From positions 1,440,001 to 1,504,000 of the forward strand of contig OY762463.1 of the NCBI GenBank assembly GCA_963665815.1: a stretch of 64,000 bases of DNA, read 5' to 3'. The notes below the pieces were generated by a model, which was given only the letters and a program-made list of their open reading frames with translations, was not told the origin of the DNA and ran no database searches. This DNA is from Candidatus Cloacimonadales bacterium. GTDB lineage: Bacteria > Cloacimonadota > Cloacimonadia > Cloacimonadales > JAIOQZ01. Position numbers and translations under genes: made by a program. Shown here piece after piece: positions 9,623-20,599 of the stretch (positions within the stretch are counted from its first letter, which is position 1; every line of letters begins with the position of its first letter).

Positions 9623-10522
9623 CTATGCTATCACCCTGTCTCCATCCGAAAGCCTGTAGAAGTACACTCCGGATGCAACAGATTTGTTATTCTCGTCCTC
9701 TCCGTTCCAGATAACTTTGTTTTCTCCTTCTTCTGCTTCCAGCTCAAAGGTCTTAACTTTTTGCCCCTTTATGTTGTATATACAGATTTCCGGATCAGAA
9801 ATATCTTTTGTGAGGCTGTATGATATGGACGTTGTTGGATTAAAAGGATTGGGGTAGTTGGAAAGTATGTGATTTCCTTTCAGCATTACTCTGAAATCAT
9901 TATCAATATCCATACATATAGTATCAAAAAAAGTATACTGATGACCACTTCCTCCTCTTTGAACTTTCGGAGAAAGCTCTACATCTGGTTGATTTGCCCC
10001 AAGATTATTGTGTTCATTGACAAAACTTGGACTAGATATATCATAATGGCTAATATCTTGATTCATTGCCCATACAGGAATCCCATAGTATTCGTAGCAA
10101 TATTCTACAATTCCATCACATCTTATATCTGTAACTTCGTCAGGTTGTATATAGTAGAAATTTGGGTTTGAATCATCGTAATTCAATGCATCTCCTGCAG
10201 TATAGGAGATATCAGTGAAATCCAAAAGGTCTTCAGCAAAAAGGCATATTGAAGCCCTATGAGAGATGTCCATATTTGAATTATTGCAGTGACATATGTA
10301 ATCTTGCCCATCTAAAAACCCACTCCAATCAACTATTTCTACTTCACAAAAATATCCCCCAATATGCACAATTTCTGTAAGCCCTACATAAATTCCAGCA
10401 TGATCCAAATTATTTAGAAAGCCACCTTCTCTATATACTGCATCAGCAATAGTTTCATTATCAGTTTGGCAATAAACAATAGTAAATTGTATCAGTATAA
10501 GTAATATCATCAATATTCTCAT
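9623..10522 (-). CDS. Secreted permuted NlpC/P60 (YaeF/YiiX-like) amidase with a slightly truncated FlgD-Ig C-terminal domain (cassette 2, gene 2)
   Basis: Signal peptide; DHAGIYVG precedes RCDGIVEYCY (His-before-Cys order). NYPNPFNP...SGVYFYRLSDGDRVIA* lacks the terminal KKMxLLK strand seen in the other CTD proteins. Confidence 0.65.
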   Translation of the reverse strand: MRILMILLILIQFTIVYCQTDNETIADAVYREGGFLNNLDHAGIYVGLTEIVHIGGYFCEVEIVDWSGFLDGQDYICHCNNSNMDISHRASICLFAEDLLDFTDISYTAGDALNYDDSNPNFYYIQPDEVTDIRCDGIVEYCYEYYGIPVWAMNQDISHYDISSPSFVNEHNNLGANQPDVELSPKVQRGGSGHQYTFFDTICMDIDNDFRVMLKGNHILSNYPNPFNPTTSISYSLTKDISDPEICIYNIKGQKVKTFELEAEEGENKVIWNGEDENNKSVASGVYFYRLSDGDRVIA

Positions 10523-11652
10523 TTCACACCTCTTACTTTGTAACCTCTGTGCTTAGTTAATATTTTCTTCATTGAAGCTAAGTATGATTCGTTTTCCTCT
10601 AAAAATCTCAGAACATTTTTCCCCATTTTCTGCAATTCTTCATTGTTTGTACTATTAATCAACTTTAATATTTTTTCTTTATCATAAGGGAGTTTACCCT
10701 TCATCAAAGCAATTAACCCTTGTATTTGATAATATTCATTACTTTTGCATTCAATCATAGCCTCAATTGTATTAATTGAGTTAAATAGATTGTATGGAAA
10801 GCTTTCTCTTGCCATTCTTGGAAACTTGTCTGCATTTTTAAAAGCTTTCTCATATACTCCTAAGCATGCAATAACAGCTTCAGGATGATTCATATCTACA
10901 AGCTTATGTCTGATTGCTGATAAAATTTTCTGATTTTCTGTGTTTTCACTTATCTCCATTAGTTTTCCAATGTACTTAATATCAAAATTTGGAACAAGAC
11001 ACATAATAGCAGATTGCAGAATTTTCTCATCATATTCATTTGGATTGTTTAATACAGGTGCAACATAATTTTCCAAATCAGGATGTTTTGCTCTTCTGAG
11101 TTTATGAAGTAAAGATGCTGATATTTTTTTTTTGTTATTAGATTTAAGCAAATTTATAATCTCTTCAAGATTATCATTAACATTACTGTCTAACTTAGAA
11201 ACAGCATATTTCCTTAGTCTCTTATCAACTTCAACATCTTTAGCAATACTTAGAATAATATCTTGATAATCTACATATAGCCGACTGTCTTTTTTTATGA
11301 ATTTCTTTGCTGTATCAATTAAAAATGCCCTGTATTTGGGTACATATGACTTATTCTTAAGAAGCTCAAGAATAAGTTCTTTATTCTTATCATCATCCAG
11401 CTTATCATTCAACTGAACCAATACCAGCATTACTCCTGATTCAAAATTCTTCTCATCATATAATACAAGCTCGTAGGCAAATTCAAATAGTTCCTCAGCA
11501 TTGAGAAAGCTCACGTATCCTTCATTATCCTTGTAATGATTAATGTGTTCCATCTTTTTGATTTTTTCCAGATCAAGGCTATATTCATTTTCTATAGAAT
11601 AAATGCCTGTTATTGCAAATGTTATAATCAACATTATCATAATTTTTTTCAT
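10519..11652 (-). CDS. Secreted alpha-helical (HEAT-repeat-like) hypothetical protein (cassette 2, gene 1)
   Basis: 377 aa, signal peptide MKKIMIMLIITFAITGIYS, helical Lys/Leu-rich sequence. Stop overlaps the next ATG (ATGA). Promoter TTGACA-16-TATAAT upstream. Confidence 0.8.
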   Translation of the reverse strand: MKKIMIMLIITFAITGIYSIENEYSLDLEKIKKMEHINHYKDNEGYVSFLNAEELFEFAYELVLYDEKNFESGVMLVLVQLNDKLDDDKNKELILELLKNKSYVPKYRAFLIDTAKKFIKKDSRLYVDYQDIILSIAKDVEVDKRLRKYAVSKLDSNVNDNLEEIINLLKSNNKKKISASLLHKLRRAKHPDLENYVAPVLNNPNEYDEKILQSAIMCLVPNFDIKYIGKLMEISENTENQKILSAIRHKLVDMNHPEAVIACLGVYEKAFKNADKFPRMARESFPYNLFNSINTIEAMIECKSNEYYQIQGLIALMKGKLPYDKEKILKLINSTNNEELQKMGKNVLRFLEENESYLASMKKILTKHRGYKVRGVK

Positions 11653-12288
11653 TCTTTTTCCTTTTTTCTTAATTATAGTTAATTCGTTTTGCTTGTCAAA
11701 TTTTACAGTTATGTTGTTAATAAATTCTTTGTTCTATCTGCCTGCTTATGGAAAATACCAGTGTTTCATACTGTACTCCTCACTTTTATGGGGTTATAAA
11801 TTGCCTTTCTTGTTTTTGAAGTTGAGCTACCTTCATTTTCTTTAAGTGACTATAAAAAGATACTTTCTCATAAACTGACTAGTTGATGAAATTAGGAAAT
11901 TTCATCGAATCCGATTAGAATAAAGCAGTATCAATCTATTAGCAAATACATTAAATATCCCTTCATTTTCTTTGAATATCCAAAGTAAACGAAGCAAAAG
12001 AAATGACATCTTTATCAAAAAGTATTTACAGCAAGCTGTAACCGTAAATCTTCCCTAAAATCCTTCCAAGGCTTCAGGATTTCTTAACGGAAAAATTTAC
12101 TATACAATGATAAAGAAACATGATGCAGAAATTTCTTGATTAGAGGGCATTTTAATAAGGTATCCGGTTTTTGAAATTCACACACAAATGCTGTTAAGCG
12201 TTACCAATTCTACATTATCGGGTATTTTCCACCCACACATCAAAATAACAATGCAATTGTTAATAGGGTTTCAGGAATTTGTCAATAA
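11643..12288. repeat. Long direct repeat copy C (cassette leader, minigene, insert, core)
   Basis: Matches copies A and B; abuts the permease operon terminator. Confidence 0.9.
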
Positions 12289-12319
12289 AAAAACGCCCAT
12301 CGCAATGACAGGCGTCTTT
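12287..12319 (-). terminator. Rho-independent terminator of the ispD...permease operon
   Basis: Minus strand AAAGACGCCTGTCATTGCGATGGGCGTTTTTTT. Confidence 0.7.
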
Positions 12320-12392
12320 ATAATGATTGGCAAAATCTTGGACCGTCGTCCAATGTTATATCGTTGGATTCCGGTTTTGCTTTAGATAAAAA

Positions 12393-14261
12393 TTATTTTC
12401 GTTTTTCTCGGGAACGCTTGGATAATAACAGGAAAGTTCTTAGCGACTCGGCATCTTTCAATGCCATCCATTTTTTCAGAAAATCCTGTCTCTGTACAAT
12501 CTGAGCAATGGCCATCAGTGATTTGAGATGGAAATCCCTCTGATCCATACTTCCGGCAAGAACAAAGACTGCATTAACAGGTGAATTACCTTCTGTCCAG
12601 TTGATCCCGGCTTTGTTCCTGACAACGGCAATCCCGAACTGCTCTGTTCCCTCAAGTATAATATGAGGTATTGCAATATGATCTGTAATATTTGTATTAG
12701 ACATCTTTTCCCGCTCACAAAAGTCCTTGTGCAGTTTTTCAACAGGCAAACTAAACTCTGTACTCAATTCTTCCGATATCAGTTCGAAGAACTCACTCAG
12801 TTCATTTGCTTCCGGTAGATCAATAATCTTTGCATGCTTCAGTAAGCCGTCAAACCTGTCTTCTATTATCTCATCCCTGTCTTTCAGTATATCCAGCAGT
12901 TCGGATTCGAGAGCTTCATAGTTTGATGTATTTACCAATGTCTTGTTCATTACCATTTTTACCAGCTTAACCAGAGCAGATTTATTTCTGTCTGTTTTAA
13001 CAGCATAAATCCTATACCAGAAATAACAGAAGAATATAAATCCCAAAGTAACAGTTAATGGCACAAATCCCATCTGGAAGATCAATATTGAATAGGTAAA
13101 GATTGCAAATATCTGAATCCATGGAAACATTGGAGACTTAAAAGTAGGTTTGTAATTACGTATCTTGGAGTAACGTACAACAATTACGGAAAAATTGACC
13201 ATAATAAACAGGAGTATCATGAATGTAGAAGCTACTTTTGCCAGAACTTCAACCTTAAGGAACAATATAACGATAACCATGAATGCACTGGTAAAGAATA
13301 TGGATATTGTCGGGGTTTTATGTTTTTTACTTACAAATCCGAACATCCCCGGCAACAGCTTGTCTCTGCTCATTGCCATGGGTACTCTTGAAGCCGCCAG
13401 AATACCTGCATTGGCAGTTGTCACGAATGCAAGAATTGCACCCACTGAAAGAACAATCTTTCCGGCTTTGCCAAGGAACATTCCTGCGGCATCTGAAATT
13501 GGTGTCAAAGTATTGGTAATCTGCTCGGGTTTAAGCACTCCGAAGGTAATCCCAACAACCAGTATATACAAAACACTGACAATGAGATAAGCCATCATCA
13601 TGGCTTTAGGTATTGACTTACCGGCATTTTTGCTTTCTTCGGCAATACTGGCTATTTTTGTCAGACCGCCATAAGAGATAAAGACTAAACCTGTTGCTTC
13701 CAGAATAGAGTTCATTGAACCTGATTTAATAGTACTGAATACGTGAAAATCTGTCACCCTATAGCCAAATATTACATAAACTCCCAGAATTGCCAGTAAA
13801 AACATAACCAGAATCACCTGAAATGAACCGGAACTCTTCACGCTGACCAGATTCACAATTGTGAAGAATATACAAGCTCCTGCTGCAATCAACTTTATGT
13901 GATTGTATGTAAGCTCGGGGAAAATAAGAGTCGCAAAAGCACCTATACCAATCAATGCAAACGAGCTTTTCAATGCTATGGAAAACCAGTTGGCAAATCC
14001 TGCCAGAATCCCTGCAGGTGTTCCCAGAATACGCTCTGCATAGAAGTAGGTACCTCCACTGCGTGTCATTGCTGTTGAAAGTTCAGCTTTTGAGTAGACA
14101 CTTGGCAACATCAGAACAGCAGCAAGAATATAAGAGATAATCGCTCCGGTTTTTGCTTCTGCGTAGGCAATGGCAGGAAGCACAAACAATCCTGAAGAAA
14201 TCATTGATCCTGCTGCAAAGCTGAATAAAGAGAAAACTCCGAGATTTTTGTGTAGTTTCAT
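12393..14261 (-). CDS. APC-family amino-acid permease fused to a C-terminal PTS EIIA-2 domain
   Basis: GSMISSGLFVLP, FISYGG...IAEE, ASRVPMAMSRD; C-terminal EREKMSNT...IAIPH. Confidence 0.9.
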   Translation of the reverse strand: MKLHKNLGVFSLFSFAAGSMISSGLFVLPAIAYAEAKTGAIISYILAAVLMLPSVYSKAELSTAMTRSGGTYFYAERILGTPAGILAGFANWFSIALKSSFALIGIGAFATLIFPELTYNHIKLIAAGACIFFTIVNLVSVKSSGSFQVILVMFLLAILGVYVIFGYRVTDFHVFSTIKSGSMNSILEATGLVFISYGGLTKIASIAEESKNAGKSIPKAMMMAYLIVSVLYILVVGITFGVLKPEQITNTLTPISDAAGMFLGKAGKIVLSVGAILAFVTTANAGILAASRVPMAMSRDKLLPGMFGFVSKKHKTPTISIFFTSAFMVIVILFLKVEVLAKVASTFMILLFIMVNFSVIVVRYSKIRNYKPTFKSPMFPWIQIFAIFTYSILIFQMGFVPLTVTLGFIFFCYFWYRIYAVKTDRNKSALVKLVKMVMNKTLVNTSNYEALESELLDILKDRDEIIEDRFDGLLKHAKIIDLPEANELSEFFELISEELSTEFSLPVEKLHKDFCEREKMSNTNITDHIAIPHIILEGTEQFGIAVVRNKAGINWTEGNSPVNAVFVLAGSMDQRDFHLKSLMAIAQIVQRQDFLKKWMALKDAESLRTFLLLSKRSREKRK

Positions 14262-15998
14262 TTAATCCTCGAAAAAGTGGTTAAGCTTATCAACTTCTTC
14301 ACGCTGAAGAATTTCGAATATCTCTTCAGGAGAATCCGCATGAACTATCATTTCTTTAATATGAGAATGGTGTCCAAAAATCTTCGCAATTGTCGCTAAT
14401 GCCTGAAGGTGTAATTTATACTGTGATTTTGGTGTAGCTATCAAAATAATTATGTTTACAGGTTTGTTATCAAGAGCTTCGAAATCAATTCCATCTTTAA
14501 TTGTTGCAATGACTCCTCGAATATTGGGACCTCCCTCAATAACAGCATGTGGAATAGCAATTCCATTCCCTATACCTGTAGATATTTCATTTTCTCTCTG
14601 TTTCACACTGCTTACCAGATCTTCCTGAGATATTTCCTGAATATTATGTGTCACATGCATAAAGTGAGATAACTCTTCCAGAGCACTCCATTTGTCTTTT
14701 GCCTGAAGATCAATCTTAATAAACTCTTCCTGAAGAAAATCCAGAAGCCTGAGACGATCTTTGTTAACCTCTCCGGATCGTTTTATTGCCTGTCCCGTAA
14801 AAATAGGACCAATTAATTCATAGATAACCACTGCACTTAATACGATAGCAGTCACCGAAGAAGAAATTCCTTTAAATGCAACCGAGTTTTCCACAAAAAG
14901 GGTCAAACCAATAGCCAGACCTGCAAGCGGATAAAGTGCAATACCAATATTCTGTGTGATTGTCTTGGTTGAATTTGCGAATACTGCGCCAAGTACAGGA
15001 GCAGTAGATTTACCGATAAATCTGGCAACAATCATCACGATTCCGGCAACACCGGAAATAAGCAAGGCATGAAAATCAAAGTGTGTTCCTGCAAGCACGA
15101 AGAAAAGTGCATAAATAGCGTCTTCCAGATCGTGGAATGCAGAGAAGAAATCTTCTTTATATTTAGAAAAGTTTGTAATAATCATACCAAGAATAAGACT
15201 TGATAATAACCCTGAGAATCTGAATGATTCTGATATACCAACTGTGATAATCAGAGCAAGCAGCACCATTGTAGGGAATGATGCATGTATCTTTTTCTTG
15301 CGCTCAGTGAAAAGGATAAGTGCAAGCCCAATACCGCCACCATCAAGTAAAGATTCAAACAGATATATAAACGGTTGAAGAATCATCTTCCCGACATTGA
15401 ACTCTGCATGCAGATTTCTCTGTAACAGGAAGTAGTACACTGAGTAAAACAGGAGAATGACGATAACATTGTTCAGAGCTACAACAGCAAGAAGAGTCTT
15501 TGTAAAAATACCTTTTGCCCTTTTTTCTTTAACAACATGCAAAATAGAACCCGGAGCTGTTGCGGATGCTATGATACTGACGAAAAGAGCTACTTCGGTG
15601 GATACACCAAGCACATAGTACAATCCTGTAAACACAAGTGGTATAACACATAAAATATCTATCAAAGTTATCCAGATAATTCTTTTACCTGAATTATGGA
15701 GCTTCCTGAAATCCAGGTGAGATCCAATAGACAAGCCAATAAGCCCAAGGACAAAATTGGTTATTGGAGTAAATCCTTCATAAGCTGATTCCGGAAATAT
15801 ATTCAGAACATAATGCCCGATAACAATTCCGCCAATAATTTTTCCTGTTACCGATGGTAATTTAATTTTTGCTGAGAGCTTAGTAAAGACAAAACCGGTC
15901 AATACGAGAATTGACAGAATCAATAATGTATTCCCATTTTCAAGTAATGCAGTTTCCCGGTGTACCCAGGCTGATAAGTGATTAATTACCGAGTTCAA
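14262..15998 (-). CDS. Cation:proton antiporter (CPA2-like) fused to a PTS EIIA-2 domain
   Basis: KLPSVTG.IIGGIVIG, ATAP, FFVLAG; C-terminal RENEISTGIGNGIAIPHA. Confidence 0.9.
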   Translation of the reverse strand: MNSVINHLSAWVHRETALLENGNTLLILSILVLTGFVFTKLSAKIKLPSVTGKIIGGIVIGHYVLNIFPESAYEGFTPITNFVLGLIGLSIGSHLDFRKLHNSGKRIIWITLIDILCVIPLVFTGLYYVLGVSTEVALFVSIIASATAPGSILHVVKEKRAKGIFTKTLLAVVALNNVIVILLFYSVYYFLLQRNLHAEFNVGKMILQPFIYLFESLLDGGGIGLALILFTERKKKIHASFPTMVLLALIITVGISESFRFSGLLSSLILGMIITNFSKYKEDFFSAFHDLEDAIYALFFVLAGTHFDFHALLISGVAGIVMIVARFIGKSTAPVLGAVFANSTKTITQNIGIALYPLAGLAIGLTLFVENSVAFKGISSSVTAIVLSAVVIYELIGPIFTGQAIKRSGEVNKDRLRLLDFLQEEFIKIDLQAKDKWSALEELSHFMHVTHNIQEISQEDLVSSVKQRENEISTGIGNGIAIPHAVIEGGPNIRGVIATIKDGIDFEALDNKPVNIIILIATPKSQYKLHLQALATIAKIFGHHSHIKEMIVHADSPEEIFEILQREEVDKLNHFFED

Positions 15999-17317
15999 TC
16001 AATCTCCTCTATTAATTCTCCCTTTAAAGTCCATCCGGTCGCTTCTGTGATTTTTACTTTCACAAACTTGCCTATCAGACTCTTGTCTGCTTTAAACACT
16101 GTAATCTTGAAATCTCGACTTTTTCCTGCCAGTTCTTCAGGATTCTTTTTACTTACCTGTTCGACATAAATTTCTTTTATCTTTCCGATTTGCTCTTTAT
16201 ATTTCTTGTTCGTTATTTCATTCTGCATGTCTATCAGACGGGAAAGCCTCTCAAGTCTGACTTTTTCATCAACCTGATCTTCATATTCTGCTGCAGCTGT
16301 TCCTTCTCTCGGTGAATACTTAAACATGAATGCAAAGTCAAACTCAATTTCCTTCATCATATTATATGTATCCATGAACTGTTCTTCTGTTTCACCCGGG
16401 AAACCGACTATAACATCAGTTGTTATGCTTATATCAGGCATGGCAGCTTTTAACTTCTTGATCAATCCCATGTAATGCTCGCTGGTATAACCTCTGTTCA
16501 TCCTTGTGAGTATATCTGTGTTACCAGACTGCATTGGCAGATGAATATGTTCACATACTTTATCAAGTTTCGCCATGTACTTAACAAGACTGTCAGACAG
16601 ATCTTTTGGGTGAGAAGTAACAAAGCGAACTCTCTTTATGGTCTCCAGAGAATCTACCTGTTCCAACAGTTGAGGGAAATCAAGTTCTTTCCAATTATAT
16701 GAGTTAACATTCTGTCCCAGCAGAGTAACATCTTTGAAACCATCATTTCCTGCTTCTTCCACTTCTTTAAGAATCTCGTCCAATGGACGGCTTCGTTCTC
16801 TGCCCCTTACGTGTGGAACAATGCAATATGTACAAAAGTTGTCACAACCACGCATAATGGTTACAAAAGCATTCAGATCACCCTGTCTTACAGGCATCAT
16901 ATTGTGATACACTTCTGAATTGTTTACGTCTGTAGCAACATTAACCCCGTAGAAATCAAGCAGATTTATAATTCGAGGAAGGTGCTTATACTGATCAACT
17001 CCCACTACGAAATCTATTTTCTTGTTAATCTTTTTCAGTTCTCCACTAAGACGCTGTGCAACACACCCGATTACACCTATTTTCAGTCCAGGTTTCTTTG
17101 CCTTGCGTGAAATCTCATTTGATATTCTTCCTATTACCCTGTCTTCAGCATGCTGTCTTACGGAACAAGTATTAAATATTATTATATCAGCATCATCAAG
17201 TGATTCAGCCTGTTCATATCCTGCCTGCTTCAGAATTCCGCTTACAAGTTCGGAATCTGCAACATTCATCTGACATCCGTATGTTTCTATATAGTATCGA
17301 ATTTTATTCATATCCAT
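15995..17317 (-). CDS. miaB: tRNA-2-methylthio-N6-dimethylallyladenosine synthase MiaB
   Basis: TYGCQMNVADSE, NTCSVR, GCDNFCTYCIVP, C-terminal TRAM domain. Confidence 0.95.
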   Translation of the reverse strand: MDMNKIRYYIETYGCQMNVADSELVSGILKQAGYEQAESLDDADIIIFNTCSVRQHAEDRVIGRISNEISRKAKKPGLKIGVIGCVAQRLSGELKKINKKIDFVVGVDQYKHLPRIINLLDFYGVNVATDVNNSEVYHNMMPVRQGDLNAFVTIMRGCDNFCTYCIVPHVRGRERSRPLDEILKEVEEAGNDGFKDVTLLGQNVNSYNWKELDFPQLLEQVDSLETIKRVRFVTSHPKDLSDSLVKYMAKLDKVCEHIHLPMQSGNTDILTRMNRGYTSEHYMGLIKKLKAAMPDISITTDVIVGFPGETEEQFMDTYNMMKEIEFDFAFMFKYSPREGTAAAEYEDQVDEKVRLERLSRLIDMQNEITNKKYKEQIGKIKEIYVEQVSKKNPEELAGKSRDFKITVFKADKSLIGKFVKVKITEATGWTLKGELIEEID

Positions 17318-17357
17318 CTCTTATTAATTTAGTCTAATCTCTGTTAATCTACAAAAT

Positions 17358-17831
17358 TTATTTTTTCAGTAGAAGACATACTGCCGTTGCAGTAATTCCT
17401 TCTTCGGATCCTGAGATCCCCATTTTTTCCTCAGTAGTTGCTTTAACCGATACATTACTGACATCAGTTTCAAGATCAGCAGCAATGTTTTCTCTCATTG
17501 AATCAATAAACGGTCTCATCTTTGGTCTCTGTGCACAAATCGTAGAATCAATATTTCCTATTTTATATCCTTTCTCATTAACAATCCGATTCGCTTCTCT
17601 CAGTAAAATTCTGCTGTCAATATCCTTGAAGTCAGCATCAGAATCCGGAAAAAAAGAACCAATATCTCCCAATGCAAGAGCTCCAAACAGCGCATCAACA
17701 ATTGCATGAATCAAAACATCTGCATCAGAATGCCCTTTTAGACCTTTTTCAAAAGGAATCTGAACACCTCCGAGAATTAGAGCACGTCCCTCAACTAATT
17801 GATGTACATCGTATCCATATCCTATTCGCAT
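17358..17831 (-). CDS. ispF: 2-C-methyl-D-erythritol 2,4-cyclodiphosphate synthase
   Basis: [27 protein letters not shown]. Confidence 0.97.
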   Translation of the reverse strand: MRIGYGYDVHQLVEGRALILGGVQIPFEKGLKGHSDADVLIHAIVDALFGALALGDIGSFFPDSDADFKDIDSRILLREANRIVNEKGYKIGNIDSTICAQRPKMRPFIDSMRENIAADLETDVSNVSVKATTEEKMGISGSEEGITATAVCLLLKK

Positions 17832-20599
17832 CAGTCCACCGTTATTGATTTGGAAACATTCTTTGGAACATCAGGATGCACACCATGATCTTCAACAGAA
17901 AGCTTATCAAGATATTCCATCTTTCTTATACTCATTCGAAGTGCCAGACGCTGGAGTACAACCGTTGAAGAAAAAGATGTTAACAGTGAATCCCCTGTTT
18001 TAGGAAGAGGAATATATCCCCATCCATAGTACTTTGAAGAATCCGGATTCAAGCTGGCATTTTCCATCAGCTTGTCATTTTCTTCGGCTATGACATATGT
18101 ATCAGCACCTCTGATTTTGTGTGTATTTATCTGTGAAATCGTAAGATTGACATCTCTGTCTTCCGGTCCGGTGACATAAAGCAAAGGATAATTCCTGTAA
18201 AGAGGATTGAAGAAATCGTATCTTCTGATAATATCCTTGAATACTCTCGTTGCAGCAGGAGAAAGATTAAACGGAAATGTTCTGGTGAAAATATAGGAAC
18301 TTAAAACCTTGATAATCTCCTGTGTATCTTCCTGAGATAAATCATACAAGTCTGCATTTCTCTCTAGAGTATCAATAGTCTTGTTAAAATATTTCAGCAT
18401 AGATTTAATACTCAGTAGACCAAAAACCGTATTTTTACCAAGAATTGTGTTAGGACCATGCTTGAATTCGGAGGCTTCTCCACCCTCGGTATGATTCAGT
18501 ACTGTCTCTCGAATCTTCAGAGCCCCTTCTTTGGCTACACCACTGAGTTTTGTTGCCAGAATATGCATGGAAGGTTCCATATATATCTTGTTTGCAATCT
18601 CATCAATCTTATCTTTTGTTGTTTCAATTGTCTCTTTTATGAGAAGAGGAATCTGAAGAAGTTTCTTATATCTTCTGTCTATATCCCTGGCAAATGCATT
18701 GATCATTTCTTCTGACTTGCCATTCTTCTTCATGTGATCCATTTTCATTTCAGCAGCTTTTATTGCCAGATAATAGAACAATGTCAGCTGATTAACGAAA
18801 CTTTTTGTCGCCGGAACTGCAATCTCAGGTCCACAGAGTATCGGAATGGACACATCTGATTTCTCCTGACCAAGCGTTGAGTTCATGTTATTAACAAGCA
18901 CAATCTTCTTTATGTTCTTACCGAGATTATCAATATCGTTAAAAATATCTATCAGATCTTTTGTTTCACCACTTTGTGACACACCAATTATTACATCATT
19001 GTTTCTCAATGAGTTTGAATACTGCCCTCTGAAATCTCCTGGAAGTATTGGAATTATTTTGATTCCGGCTATTTCATTGAAGAATACGGCTGCGACTTTC
19101 GTTGCGTTAAAAGAAGTTCCACATGCAATAGTGTATATATTTCTCTCATTATCATTGGTGTTACTCAACAATTCCATGAAGTTTTCAATTTTCGTGTCGA
19201 ATTCAGTTACATCCAGTTTTTCAGTAATTGAATCAAGTGCTTTTGCTGTCAGAAATCTCTTTTTATCAAAATGCGATCCTATCAGCTCAATGTATGTATT
19301 CATTTCACTGGAAAAGAAGTATTTCTTTTCAAAATCCTCATACACAACCACGTCGTAAATAGTCTTATAATCTTCCTGAATACTTTTATAGAATACTGAA
19401 CTCTCTTCAGAGTTAATAAACTCGTTAAAATGTTGGAGCTGTTCATCAAATGTTTCGGACTGCTTGATTTTTTTATCAAGATCTTTCATGTACTCCATCA
19501 AGTTAATTTTATCGATAAGATTGAGCATTCTACGCCCGGTATTTGACCCCCCAAGGAATATCTTCACAAGCTTACCTGTGGATTCTGTTTCGTTATCAAT
19601 CTCCTGATCCATGAAATAATTGTATTTTGGCAGCAGTTCAGTATCTTCTGCCCTGAGTTTTGATCTTACTGCATCACGGAAAATCTTCTGTCCTTTTTTG
19701 TATATGATATCCTTCTGATTCAGTCTTTTTATTCTGGCATCTTTATAAGCATATATTTTGTAGAAATCAGCAGTATACTCTACAAATTCTCCCTCTCTTA
19801 AGTTTACAAGATATTTCGTAAATCTCAGCACGGCTGTTAAATCAGAAGAAGCCAGAGAAAACTTGTTTCCGTCTATTTCGCCCACACCAAAATAAAGACT
19901 GCTTCCGGCTTTTATAGCATATTGATATTCTGTTACAGGATCTGTTATTACTGCGGCAAATGATCCGGTTGTTTTATTTATTGCTTTAGTAATAGCTTTT
20001 TTCATGCATTCTGACCTGATAGCAAAATCTGAGCTTTGTTTTGAAGAATAATTCCTTAACTCAATCTCAAAATAATGTTCTACGGTATGAACAAGCATTT
20101 CACCATCGTTATCCGAAAGCACATCGTGACCTTCTGATATCAAAAATGTCTTTAATTCTCTTGTATTGGTAATATTACCATTATGCGCCCCGTAAATATG
20201 AGTCTTACATTTTACTTCATGCGGCTGCGAATTCTTTTTGTCTACAGCTCCAAATGTAGCCCATCTGACCTGGCCACAAAAAATCTTTCCAGCTTTTTCT
20301 TTTATACCGAGAGTTTCAACTAAAGTACTTGGAGCTCCTACATCTTTGAGAAGAGTAGTATTCTTCTTATCATCCTGAAAAATTGCACCGGTGGAATCAT
20401 ATCCCCGATACTCCAATGCTTTCAACAGCTTTGAAGCGTATTTTCCCAGATGAATACTGTGTTCTGCCAAAGTCATTCCCAGTACACCGCATCCAACGCC
20501 AATTATCGGTATCTTAAATTTAATTTCCTTATCTGAATATTTAGCACATATCTTCTCAGCAATATTTCCTGCTTTTTTAATAAGATTTTTATTTATCAT
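17831..20599 (-). CDS. glmS: Glucosamine-6-phosphate synthase (GlmS)-like protein, enlarged (922 aa)
   Basis: [59 protein letters not shown]-terminal [11 protein letters not shown]. Confidence 0.85.
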   Translation of the reverse strand: MINKNLIKKAGNIAEKICAKYSDKEIKFKIPIIGVGCGVLGMTLAEHSIHLGKYASKLLKALEYRGYDSTGAIFQDDKKNTTLLKDVGAPSTLVETLGIKEKAGKIFCGQVRWATFGAVDKKNSQPHEVKCKTHIYGAHNGNITNTRELKTFLISEGHDVLSDNDGEMLVHTVEHYFEIELRNYSSKQSSDFAIRSECMKKAITKAINKTTGSFAAVITDPVTEYQYAIKAGSSLYFGVGEIDGNKFSLASSDLTAVLRFTKYLVNLREGEFVEYTADFYKIYAYKDARIKRLNQKDIIYKKGQKIFRDAVRSKLRAEDTELLPKYNYFMDQEIDNETESTGKLVKIFLGGSNTGRRMLNLIDKINLMEYMKDLDKKIKQSETFDEQLQHFNEFINSEESSVFYKSIQEDYKTIYDVVVYEDFEKKYFFSSEMNTYIELIGSHFDKKRFLTAKALDSITEKLDVTEFDTKIENFMELLSNTNDNERNIYTIACGTSFNATKVAAVFFNEIAGIKIIPILPGDFRGQYSNSLRNNDVIIGVSQSGETKDLIDIFNDIDNLGKNIKKIVLVNNMNSTLGQEKSDVSIPILCGPEIAVPATKSFVNQLTLFYYLAIKAAEMKMDHMKKNGKSEEMINAFARDIDRRYKKLLQIPLLIKETIETTKDKIDEIANKIYMEPSMHILATKLSGVAKEGALKIRETVLNHTEGGEASEFKHGPNTILGKNTVFGLLSIKSMLKYFNKTIDTLERNADLYDLSQEDTQEIIKVLSSYIFTRTFPFNLSPAATRVFKDIIRRYDFFNPLYRNYPLLYVTGPEDRDVNLTISQINTHKIRGADTYVIAEENDKLMENASLNPDSSKYYGWGYIPLPKTGDSLLTSFSSTVVLQRLALRMSIRKMEYLDKLSVEDHGVHPDVPKNVSKSITVD

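Noticed and set aside
7202-12288. Classical integron with attC sites
   Set aside because: Repeats are 370-650 bp with internal promoters, no RYYYAAC...GTTRRRY attC structure was recognised, and no intI is in the window.
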